DNA of 64,000 bases, taken from the NCBI GenBank assembly GCA_963841215.1, contig CAWJBW010000001.1, forward strand, positions 5,332 to 69,331, in the 5' to 3' direction. The notes under the pieces are model-generated. The model was not told the origin of the DNA and did no database searches. It saw only the letters and a program-made list of their open reading frames with translations. Shown piece after piece: positions 38,434 to 49,592 of this stretch. The translations under genes were made by a program, and so were the position numbers. Within the stretch, counting starts at the first letter, position 1. Each line of letters starts with the position of its first letter. The DNA is from an uncultured Actinomycetes bacterium. GTDB taxonomy: Bacteria > Actinomycetota > Acidimicrobiia > IMCC26256 > PALSA-610.

Positions 38434-41269
38434 TTGGAACAGCGCCCCATCGCCATCACGGGCATGCACCGCACCGGCACATCGATGGTCACCCGAGCGT
38501 TGCACGACTCCGGACTGCACCTGCTCGGTGCCGGCGCCGACGCGTTCATCGACGCGGCCGAGGACAATCCGGAGGGGTTCTGGGAGAACGCCGCGATCGT
38601 CGCCTGCAACGACGACCTGCTCGAAGCGACCGGCGGCGCGTGGGACAACCCGCCGTCGCTACCGCCGCAAGGCGCCGACGACCCGCGAGTCGCTCACCTC
38701 GTCGACGCCGCCCACGAGGCGCTCGCCGGATTGCGCGAGCTCGGCCAGAAGGAGTTGGGAACGTGGGGCTTCAAGGATCCCCGGACCTCGCTCACGGCAC
38801 CGTTCTGGATGGACCTCGAGCCCGACCTGCAGTTCATGATCTGCGTTCGCCATCCGATCGAGGTCGCGCTCTCGCTCAAGCGCCGCAACCAGAACTCGTA
38901 CTCCCTCGGCTTGTCGCTCTGGGAGAAGTACTACGCGACCCTCGTCGAGACGGTGCCGCGTGAGCGCCGCTTGGTGACGCACTACGACGCGTTCTTCGCC
39001 GACCCAGCGGGCGAGCTCGCCCGCCTGTGCGACTTCGCCGGGCTGGACCCCGCCGAGCCGCGAGTTCGTGCCGATCTGCGGCACCACGACATCGACGTCG
39101 GTCTCGTCGACGCCGGCGCGAGCCCGGCACTCGTCGCGTTGTACGCGGAGCTGTGTCGAGAAGCGGATGTCGCGGTGCCCGCCGAGTCACCACGCGACGA
39201 AGGGCGAGTGCGCCGGCTCGTGCTCGACGGCGCGGTCGCCCGCCAGCACGCCGCGCAGCGGCAGCAGGCGATCGAACGTCTCGAGGAACGCCTCCGCGAG
39301 AACCAGGCCGAGCACAAGGAACTGTGGGAGAAGCGCAGCCAGGAGAGCCAGCGCCGCGAAGAGGAGGCACGGCAGCGTCAAGCCGACACCGAAGCGCTCC
39401 AACGGCGGCGTCAAGCCGACACCGAAGCGCTCCAGCGGAGGCTCGTCCGGGACCTGGCGGAGATCAACCAGCGGACGCGGCGCACCGACCTTCGGGTCGA
39501 ACGCGCGGTGCAAGCCGTGACGCTGCGAAGCGCGCGTCGCGCCCTCCGGCGGTGGGCCCGCCGCTCGGCGCGTCTCGGCGAGGCGAACATCGTGAAGCCG
39601 GGCAAGCGCATCGCCAAGCGCGGTGCGCGGGTTGCCGTCCCGCGCGCCAAGGTCGTCGTCGTCCCGCGCGCACGTTCAGTCGCGAAGCGACTGCCGGACC
39701 CCGCCCAAGACGTCCTGCGCCGCGGCCGTACCGCAGCGCGCGCGGCGTACGTCGCGTCGACGCGCGAACGGCGCGTCACGATCGGCGCCCAAGGCTTCGG
39801 GCGAGAAAGGTTCCGCGCCGGGCACGCGCGCCGCGCGCGGCACGACACCGAAGAACTGGCAGAGGAACTTCGAGAAGCTGGTCGGCGCGACGGTTCCCGA
39901 ACGCGAGCCGTGGCTCATCTGCATGGCCGGGACACCGGGCTCGGCCCGACGCGTTGGTACGGAGGCCGGCAGCGCATTTCCGGCGGCAGCTGCGGGTGCG
40001 TCGACGCTGCCCGCGCTGGTGAACCGGTGGCGGGGCTCGGACCGTTGGGCGGGCGCCGAGGTGTCGCTCATCGCGCAACTGGAGGCGAGACGCTACGAGG
40101 GATTCCGGCGCCTCGTCGTGCCGGTACAGGCCGGACCGTGGTTCGCGCGGCGCGTGGCGCTGCGAGGGCATGTGACCAGTCGCTACGCGGTGCTCGCCGA
40201 CAACGCCGCCGGCACCGTCTTCGACCTCGGTGCGAGGGCCGCGACGCCGGCTCGTTCCCTCCTCGGTGAGGTGGCCGAGTGCGCGGGCGCGTCAGGTGAC
40301 CTCCCTGCGGTGCTCGACTGGACCGACGCCGGCGTCGCCGCCGAGCTGCCCGGAGTCACGACCTTCCGGGCGCCCGCCGGTGAGCGGCTCCCGTATCTCG
40401 ACTCGAGTGTGGCCGTCGTCGTCGTCGACGAGATGCACGACGGCCGCGAGGCGGCTCGCGTCGCGTCGCAGCGCGTGATCACCGTCGGCGACACGAAGCG
40501 ATCGCCGGGGGCGTCGACGATCGTGTCGGTCGACACGCGCGCCGGCGGCAACGGCGCGACACCGCACGCGCACGCGCATGCGGCAACCGTTGTCGTCTGC
40601 TCGGCCGATCCGAACGCCGACGCGGCCTGGCGGGCGGCGCTGGCCGACGCTTCGCTCGACGCCGGTGCCGAGCTGCGTTTCGGTGATCTCGATGCGGCGG
40701 CAGTCGCCGACTGCCTGCCGGCCGCCGACGTGCTGGTGCTCGTCGAGCCCTACGTCGTGCCGTTGCCCGGTGCCATCGAGCTGGCGGCCACGCTCGCGCT
40801 CGCAGATCCGACCGCCGCGGTCGCGGGCAAGACGCTGCGGGCCGACGGGCTGCTCGAATCCGCCGGCGGCACGGTGTTCCACGACCGTTCGGTCGCCTTG
40901 ATCGCGAATCGCTCACCGGAAGTGAGCGCGCCCTGGCACGAGTACGTTCGGCCGGTCTGCTGGGCACCGGGTTTGGTCGCGGCCGCGAGCAGCCTCTGGG
41001 AGAGCGTTGATCGGCCCGCGGACTCCGGCGGCCGCGCGTTCGTGCGCGAATGGTGCGCAGCCGTGTGGGCGCAGGGCTCGCGCGTGGTGTACCGGCCCAC
41101 CGTCATGGCGACGCGGGTCGGCGGCGACCGCGACGAACCGGTCACCCCGCTCGAGCGGTCGGCGTGGCAGCGGGTCCTCGATCTCCGACCGGCGCGTCCT
41201 GCGGATCTCGGTGACGGCGCCTGGCGCTACCTGCTCGCCCACGACGACGTCGATGCGTGCCGGGGTTGA
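38434..41269 (+). CDS. Sulfotransferase-like domain + coiled coil + degenerate GT2-like domain (frameshift near 39780)
   Basis: 5'-PSB-type motif ITGMHRTGTS, NPEGFWE, WGFKDPR, CVRHPIEVALSLKRR; E/Q/R-rich helix at about 39230-39500; C-terminal AVAGKTLRADGLLESAGGTVFHD...YVRPV, GSRVVYRP. Confidence 0.75.
39376..39441. repeat. In-frame 33-bp duplication (RQADTEALQRR x2)
   Basis: Units at 39376 and 39409 inside the coiled-coil segment. Confidence 0.9.
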
Positions 41270-41421
41270 GCCGAGTGGCGTTCCGCGGTCGCGCGACTGT
41301 GCCCGTGCGGGCATGCCCGTTTAACATCGTGCGGATCGCCGATCTCCGCGCAGGGATCAAGTCGCCGCGTTCGCGCCTTCGGCGCGCGGAGCACGGCTGC
41401 CAAGGAAGGCCTTCGAGCGTG

Positions 41422-42070
41422 ATGGAATACGGACATCAGTTGCAGAACGACCGCTGGATCGTGGAGGCGGTGTTCCCCGGCCTGCGAGATGGCTACTTCA
41501 TCGAGGCCGGCGCGTGCGGTGGCGCGAAGATGAGCGCGAGCTACGTCCTCGAGCACCATTTGGGCTGGAACGGGATCTGCGTCGAGCCCGTGGACAAGTA
41601 CTTCGAAACGCTCCAACGCAATCGCAGCTGTGCGAAGGACCACCGCTGCCTGGCCGGCCGCACGGGCGACTTCGTCGAGTTCCTCTCCTACGACGAGGAT
41701 CTGGCCCGCAGCGGCATCCAGTCGCTCAACAAGAACGATCTCTGGGCCGCGAAGCACGACGCGGACAGCCGCACGACGACGAAGGAGACCGTCACGTTGC
41801 ACGATCTCCTCGAGCAGCATGGCGCACCGCAGACGATCGAGTTTCTCTGCCTCGACGTCGAGGGCGCCGAGCGCACGATCCTCGACGCGTTCGACTTCGA
41901 CGGCGAACACCGCATCCTCGCGATCAGCATCGAAGGCAAGTCCTGCGACGACCTCCTCGAAGCGAAGGGCTACCGACAGGTGCTCAACCCGTACGCACCG
42001 CAGGAAGATCGACCACTACTTCTTGTGTGAGACCCTGGCCGAACAACGCCCCGACCTCCTGAACGCATGA
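41422..42070 (+). CDS. FkbM family methyltransferase (C-terminal frameshift near 42000)
   Basis: DGYFIEAGACGG, LGWNGICVEP, TLHDLL, IEFLCLDVEGAE. Confidence 0.88.
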
Positions 42071-44498
42071 ACTCGATCACCCATGTAGCCGGCAGGAGTC
42101 GCGTCGCGTCGCGTGCGCGCGGCACTGGCCATGGTGCTCGTCGTGGCCGGCCTTGCGCTCACGAGCGCGCCGGCAGCCGCGCACTCGCCGCACGACGCGA
42201 TCATCCACGTCGTCACGTCGCCGGACTTCGCCTCCGACAACACGGTCTTCGTGATCTCGGAGAACCGCATCATGCGGTCCACGAACGGCGGCGAGAGCTG
42301 GCAGGAGATCTTGCGGGGCATCAGCCCGAACCCGCACCTGCGCTTCGCGATCGCACCGAGCGACAAGAACGTCATGTACCTCAGCACGCGCGGTGCCGGA
42401 GTGCTGAAGTCCACCGATCAGGGACTGTCGTGGGCACGCACGAGCGCCACCTCCGAGAACACATCGCTCTCGGCGATCGCGGTGTCGCCCCAGTCGCCCG
42501 ACACCGTGTTCGCGGCGGGAGCTCGTGAGCGGCCTGTTCCGGACGACCGACGGCGGCGAGCAGTGGACCAGGGTCCGCGGTCCGTTCGGCCGGGTCACCG
42601 CGTTGACGATGGCGAACGACGGCGCTCGCGTGATCGTCGGCGACGAGCAGGGGCGGATCTGGTACTCGGACGACGGTGGCGCCCAATGGACGGAGTCGAC
42701 GGGCACCCCGGGTGCCTCTGCCGGCACCGCCGATCCGATCACCGCGCTTCATCGCGACCGACGGATGCCGGCGACTCGGGCGACCAAGACCAAGTGTTCG
42801 CCGGCACCGACGCGGCCACGATGTTGCTGCGTTCGGACGACGGCGGCGCGTCCTTCACGACCGTCGGCGACGGCCTGCCGGCCGGGCCCGTCAACTCGAT
42901 CAAGGTCGTCCCCGGGGCCGACGACGAGGTCTGGGTGTCGATGTGGCACGGCGGCGCCTACCGCTCCACCGACGGCGGCGACACCTTCGAGCGTTCCGGC
43001 AACGGTCTGAAAACCAACCACCAGGCCGCCGATGTCGGCGTCGCGGACTACCGACACCTCGCGATCGCGACTGGCGGCAGAGACGACGATGACGGCGACG
43101 GCGCGACCGTCATGCTTCATGGGCGGCTTCGGCGGCTTGTTCCGCTCCGACGACGACGGTGCGAACTGGCGTGAGCTGCAGACCCAGTCCGAGTACCTCA
43201 CCGGCCTCGACGTCTCGCCCGACTACGCCGACGACGGCACCGTGGCCGTGATGGCGTACATCAAGGGCGCCTACATGTCCGAGGACGGCGGCGAGACGTT
43301 CGACTTCAGTTCCGACGGGCTCGACGGACGAGGAGCTCGGCGACGGGAACGAGTTCGCACCGGTCCGGCGGTTGCACAACGTCGTCTTCTCGCCGGACTA
43401 TGCGCAAGACGGAACGATCTTCTCCGCGGCCTGGCCCACGTTCCTCAAATCGACCGATCGTGGCCGTTCGTGGCAGCAGATCCAGGTGTCACCGCGGCCG
43501 CCCGACACGCCGCTGCGGCAGTTCGTCATCGCGGTCTCGCCCGGCTACGCGGAGGACGGCACGATCTTCCTCGGGTCGCGCCAGGGCGACATCTACAGGT
43601 CCACCGCGCGCGGCGACGAGGGCACATGGGAGAAGATCTCCAACGTCCCTGTCGGCGACCCTCGCCGACGAGCCCGTGCAGCTCGAGGTCGACCCGATCC
43701 TCGGCATCCGGTCGCTGCTCCTCCACCCGCAGTACCCCGAGCGTCGCGAGCTGTACGTGAGCACCGGCAAAGGCGTTTTCCACAGCGTCGACGACGGGAT
43801 CAGCTGGACACCGACCGGGCCGACCGAGGTCGGGATGCTCTCGATGTCGCCGGAGTACGCCACGGACGGAACCGTGTACGCCGGCACCGGACACGGCCTC
43901 TCCGTGACGCGCGACTCCGGCGTCACGCTGGTCGCTCGTCGACGGCGCGCCCTTCGCCGCAACGAGCGACATCGAGGCGGTCGCGGTCGCACCCGACGGA
44001 TCGGTGTTCGTGAGCGTCCTCGGTGAGGGCCTCTACCGCTCCACCGACGGTGGCCGAACCTTCGACGAAACCGGTACCGGCCTCATCGCCGAGAACAAGC
44101 TGATCGCAGACTTCACCAACCCCACCTCCCAGCCGATCCAGTTCTCGCCGACGTTCGCCGAGGACCAGACGATGTTCGCGATCGCACAACAGGACATCGT
44201 GAAGTCGACCGACGCCGGCGCAACGTGGGAGACCGTCGAGATCCCGAGCGGGCAGGACTTCCTCGAGAGTCTCCCGTCCGGCCGCGGGCGACGCGGACGG
44301 ACGGATCGATCCAGCAGCGCGCCGTACATCCTCGTTCTCGCCGGCGTGGTCGGCATCATTCTCCTCGGCGCGTACCTCTGGTCGAGGCGGGGTCGCAATC
44401 AGGGACTCGGCGAGAGCGGTCCGCACGACGAAGGCGCCGATCCGGACGACGACCCCGCCCCACCGGCGCTCGAGACCACATCCGGCGCACGCGAATGA
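42067..44498 (+). CDS. Secreted, C-terminally anchored BNR/Asp-box beta-propeller protein (multiple frameshifts)
   Basis: Signal peptide ending AAAHSPHD; more than ten SxDxGxTW-type repeats (STNGGESW, STDQGLSW, SDDGGAQW, STDGGDTF, STDRGRSW, STDAGATW); SPDYAxDGT repeats; TM helix YILVLAGVVGIILLGAYLW followed by RR; ATGA overlaps at both ends. Confidence 0.8.
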
Positions 44499-47400
44499 CC
44501 CGCCGGCGCGTGCTCGTCGTGCACACGCGGATGCCGGCGTTCGATCGCGACCGCGGCTCTCAAGAGATCGACAACTCGATCCGGTTCCTGCTCGACGCCG
44601 GATGGCAGGTCACCTTCCTCGCGCGCGAAGGCCAAGGCGTCGCCGAGGAGCGTCACGCGCAGCGGCTCCGCAATCTGGGTGTTGCGACCTACGCCGGGTT
44701 CGACTGGGCGGAGCGGCTGCTGCGGTCGAACAGCTTCGACCTCGCACTCGTCGCGTTCTGGGAGCTGGGGGAGCGTGCTCATCCCGCTCATCCGCAAGCA
44801 CTCACCGGACACGCGCGTCGTCATCAACTCGATCGACGTGCACTTCCTGCGCCTGGCACGGCGTGCGCTCGTGCAGGGCACGCAGCTCGATGCCACGTAC
44901 GGCGATGCGACCGCACGCGAGCTCAACACCTACAGCAGCGCCGACGCGGTGATCGCCGTCTCCGAACGCGAGTGCTCGCTGCTCGGCGACTTCCTCGGCG
45001 AGGACCGCGTCTTCGCGATTCCGCTGTCGGAGCAGGTGCCAGCGATCGACCGTCCCGCTGGCCGACCGGCGGGGAATGCTGTTCGTCGCCAACTTCCGGC
45101 ACGAGCCGAACAAGGAAGCCATCGAGTACCTGTGCGCGGAGGTGCTGCCGCTCGTCGACCGCGTCCTGCTCGAACAGCACCCGGTGCGCGTGATCGGCAA
45201 CCGGCTCGCCGAAGCCGAGCCTCGACATCGACGAACGCACGCCGGGCGTGCAGCTCGTCGGCTGGGTGCCCGACGATCACGCCCTACCTCGAACAGTCGC
45301 GCATCTCGGTCGTGCCGCTGCTGCACGGCGCGGGGGTGAAGGGCAAGGTGCTGCAGTCGATGATGGCGTACACGCCGGTCGTGACCACACCGGTCGGCGC
45401 CGAAGGGCTCGACCTCGTGAACGGGGTGCACGCGCTCGTCGGGACCGACGCCGCCGATCTCGCGGCCGGCATCACCCGACTTCTCGTGGACGACGAGCTG
45501 TGGACCCGCGTCGCGGACGCCGGCGCCGACCACATGGACGCCCGGCACAGCCTCGAGCTCGTTCGGACCCGTTTTCTCGACGTCGTTGCGCAGGTGATGC
45601 AGCGCCCGGCCCGCACCCATGGCGGAAACCGGGGCGGCATGACGGTCGCCGCGGGCGACGGCACGCGCCGACGCCATCCGCCGCCGCGTCCAGATGATCG
45701 CCGCGCCGGGTGCGGTCGTCCTCGTCGCGACGGCAGGGGAGTCGATCGAGCTCCGGGGCCAGCGTGAGCGTCGCAGTTCGTCGAACCGCCCGACGGACCG
45801 GCCGGGATCGCCCGGCTCGAGGCGCAGCGTGAGCAGGGCGCCGCGTACCTCGTGCTCCCGAAGCCCGCGTTCGCGTGGCGTCACACGCTCCCCGAGCTCC
45901 ACCACCACCTCGAGGAGACCACCCGGCGCGTGCACCAGGACGAGCACCTGATCGTCTACGACCTGCGCCTCGCGCGATGCGGACCCGATCCTCGGCGCAG
46001 CCGACACGCGGCCCCGGCGCGTGCACGTGCTCGGGACCTACGCACCCGACCGCACCGGGCCCGCGGGCGCCGTCGTCGCCGAGCTCGCCAACAGCCGCCA
46101 CGACGTGCACCAGACGTGGCGCTCCGCCACCGAGCCGCCGCCCGCCCCCGACACATCCGACGCCGACGCACCGACGCCGACTTCCCCGATCCGGACTACC
46201 TCGTCTACGTGCGCGACGACGCCATCCTGCCGAGCCGGTTCCTCGATGATCTCGTCGCCACCCAGGCCCACCTCGACGTCGATCGCGTGCAGCCGACACA
46301 CATCAGCGGACCTGCGAGCGGACCGCCGATCATCGAACGCCACAAGGGTGTCATCGCCCGCGAGGTCGCGGCGCCCGACGCCGCTGCCCGTGCTGTCGGT
46401 GCGCGCCGGGGCCGACCCCGATGGCCCGGTGGCGCTTCTCGACCGCGTGAACGTGGGACTTCGCGCGCCGGTGCATGCGACCGAAGATGCCATCGACGCC
46501 TTTTCGCACGTGTCGCACGGTGTGGGTGCGCGGCACCGACGGTTCGATCGTGCGCTACGACCGCCCCGAGCCGGAGGGCGTTCCGCGCATCAGTGTCGTG
46601 ATGGCGACGTACGAGCGCGGCGACCTGTTCCGCGAGTCGCTCCTCGCATTCGTCGAAGCAGACACTGAACCGATCCGAGTACGAAGTCGTGCTCGTCGAC
46701 GACGGGTCCAGCGACAGCTCGCTCGACGCGATGCTGGACGAGTTCGCCGAGCAGCTCCAGGTCACCGGTGTCCGCATCGAGCACGCGGGTCGCAGCGCGG
46801 CGAAGAACATGGCGATCCTTCTCGCCCGGGCGCCCGTGGTACTGATCTTCGACGACGACGACCGGCCCGCGCCCGACTACCTCGAGCGACACGTCCGCGC
46901 GCACGACGCGCGCCCCGAGCCCGGGGTCGCGATCCTCGGCCACACCGACTGGGCGCCCGAGGTCGAACCGACCGAGGTCATGCACTTCGTCACCGACGTC
47001 GACCGGTTGATGTTCGCCTACGAGCGTTTGGGCCACGGCCAAGAGCTCGACTGGCGCGGCTTCTGGGAAGGCCGGATCTCCTGCAAGCGCGCGCACCTCG
47101 TCCGCCACGCATTGCACGATCAGCGCATCAACTACTCGATCGACGTCGAAATGGGTTGGCGACTCGCGCCGCACGGCCTGCGCGTCATCTACGACACGAC
47201 CGCGGTGAGTGTGATGGCGCGTCCGCTCGACACGGAGACGTTCTGCACACGCATCCAGGCCAAGGGTCGCGCGCACGCAGCCATTGCCGCGCTGCATCCC
47301 GGAACCGACATCGCCCGCCAATTCAAGATCGACGCTGCCCTCGAGCTCTGGGAGAAGCAACGATCGCGCCAAGGCGAGCTGCGCCGCCGGGTCGCGTCGC

Positions 47401-48414
47401 TCGAGGCTCGCGTCGGCCGAGACGAGCGTGAAGCGGCAGACGCGCGGGACCAGAAGGTGATCTCCGAGCTGCACGTCGCGTACCGGCAGCTGTTCAAGCT
47501 CCTGCACGCCAAGGGTGTCGCGGAAGCCACCGGCCGCCTCGACCGAGAGCGTGTGGTGGCGGAGCCCGCGCGCCGCGGTCCCGCCGGCGGGACCCTGCCA
47601 TCACACCGAAGCGGCCGCGGCCACCGACCGACGGTGCCACGCGTCGATCGCTCGCCGCCGGAGCTCGCGTACGACGGGTCGCCGGCCGGCGCCTCGGCCA
47701 CGCCGGCACTCAGCATCAGCATCCCGGTGTGGAGCCGCAGCCCCGAGCTCGCCGCGATGGCGGTGCGGACGATCGACCGGATCTGGGAGGTTGCGCGCGT
47801 CCCGACCGAGGTCGTCGTCGTCGACAACGGTTCGCCGCTACGAGACCCGGCTGGCAGCCAAGGTGTACCGCTATCCGGAGAACACCGGCGTGTCGGCCGG
47901 TTGGAACACCGGCATCCGCTTGTCGGGCGCCGATGCGTTCGTCGTGCTCAACAGCGACTGCATGGTCGAACCCGGTTGGGACGAAGCGCTCTACGAGGCG
48001 GCCACAGACGGCCGCCGCATCGCGTTCCCGTACACCGACCACGACGACGGCAACGGCTTCACGATGCCCGACCAGGCCGGCACCGCGGGCTGGTGCTTCA
48101 TGATGACGCGCGCGGTCCATGACGAGATCGGCGACTTCGACGAGTGGTTCAGCCCGGCCTTCGGCGAGGACACGGACTACTGGCACCGGGCCTGGCAGCT
48201 CGGCATCGAGCTCACACCGGTGCCCGCGGCACGGGTCGTGCACGCTCGCCGCACCACCGGCGGCAAGGACTCGCAGAGCGAGTGGCTGCTCCTGTCGCAC
48301 CGGTACAAGTACGGCTGGAAGCACGACGTCGAGCCGTTACGGGCACCGCCGTACTACAACCGGGAGATCGTCGAGTACCACGGTTCGTTCGAGGTCCGCG
48401 GAGATGAACGATGA
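44495..48414 (+). CDS. Multidomain glycosyltransferase (GT4 + GT2-like + GT2 + GT2), probably one gene split by many indels
   Basis: GT4: MPAFDRDRGS, LFVANFRHEPN, VPLLHGAGVKGK...PVVTTPVGAEG. GT2: ISVVMATYER, VVLVDDGSSD, AAKN, IFDDDD. Second GT2: ISIPVW, VVVVDNGS, GWNTG, LNSD, FDEWF, GEDTD. Could be two or three genes. Confidence 0.75.
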
Positions 48415-48991
48415 CGGACGAGAAACGCCCGGATCGGCGCCCGGGTGTTCTGCATCGGATTGAACAAGACCGCGACGTCGTCGTTCCACGAGGCGATGAC
48501 GATCCTCGGGTTCGAGAGCCTGCACCACGGCGGGCCGGAGGTCGAACAGAAGTTGACTGCCGCGATCGAGGAGAAGGTGCCGCTCCTGAAGTACCTCGAT
48601 CCGCGCTACGACGCCTTTTCCGACATCGGACAGCTCAGCCGGCGGTTCATGATGCTCTACACCCAGTACCCCGGCAGCCGGTTCGTCCTCACCGTTCGTC
48701 CGCGTCGAACAGTGGCTCGACAGTCGGCGGCGGCATGTCGAGAACAACATCCGTCTCAAAGCGGCGGGCAGCTACGACGGCCGCTTCATCGTCGTCGAGG
48801 AGGAGAAGTGGCGACGCGAGTGGTCCGACCACCTCGACAAGGTGCATGCGTTCTTCGAGACGCGCGACGGCCTGCTCGAGATCGATTTCACCGACGGTCC
48901 GGGGTGGGGTCCGCTGTGTGCGTTCTTGCAGCTCCCGCAACCGGACGTGCAGTTCCCGTGGGCGAATCGCGACAAGCGCTCGCGCCAGTAG
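48411..48991 (+). CDS. Sulfotransferase family protein (frameshifted)
   Basis: VFCIGLNKTATSS (5'-PSB motif), YDAFSD, YPGSRFVLTVR, GWGPLCAFL, FPWAN; ATGA overlap with the GT gene. Confidence 0.82.
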
Positions 48992-49001
48992 CGTCGGGTT
49001 C

Positions 49002-49592
49002 GTGAGCGCGACTGCACCCCGATCGCGCCGGCGGCGGGTCTTCGGTCTCGGACTGAACAAGACCGGCACCTCCTCGCTGCACGAGGCGCTCACGATCCTC
49101 GGCTACGAGAGCCTCCACTGGGGCGGCCCCGAGATCCGGCGCAAGGTGGAAGCCGCGCTCGAGGCGGGCGTGCCGCTGCTGTCGAACCTCGATCCGCGCT
49201 ACGACGCCTTCTCCGACATCTTGGCGCTCAGCACCAACTACGCGCGCCTCGACGTGCAGTACCCGGGCAGTGGATTCGTCCTGACCGTCCGACCGGTCGA
49301 CGCTTGGATCGACAGTCGGAGGCGGCACGTCGAGCGGAACATCCGTTTGCACGAGCGAGGGGAGTACACGGGCACGTTCCTCGTCGTCGACGAACCTGCG
49401 TGGCGCCGCGAGTGGGCGGAACACGTCCCCGCCGTGCGCGAGTACTTCGCGGGCCGCGACGACCTCCTCGAGCTCGATGTCACGGCCGATCCGGGGTGGG
49501 AATCGCTGTGCAGCCTCGTACGCGTCGACGTGCCCGATGTGCCGTTCCCGTGGGAGAACCGCGATCACGTGCCCGCGCCGGATCGCTGCTGA
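49002..49592 (+). CDS. Sulfotransferase family protein, tandem paralogue
   Basis: VFGLGLNKTGTSS, YDAFSD, YPGSGFVLTVR, GWESLC, FPWEN. Confidence 0.85.
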   Translation: MSATAPRSRRRRVFGLGLNKTGTSSLHEALTILGYESLHWGGPEIRRKVEAALEAGVPLLSNLDPRYDAFSDILALSTNYARLDVQYPGSGFVLTVRPVDAWIDSRRRHVERNIRLHERGEYTGTFLVVDEPAWRREWAEHVPAVREYFAGRDDLLELDVTADPGWESLCSLVRVDVPDVPFPWENRDHVPAPDRC

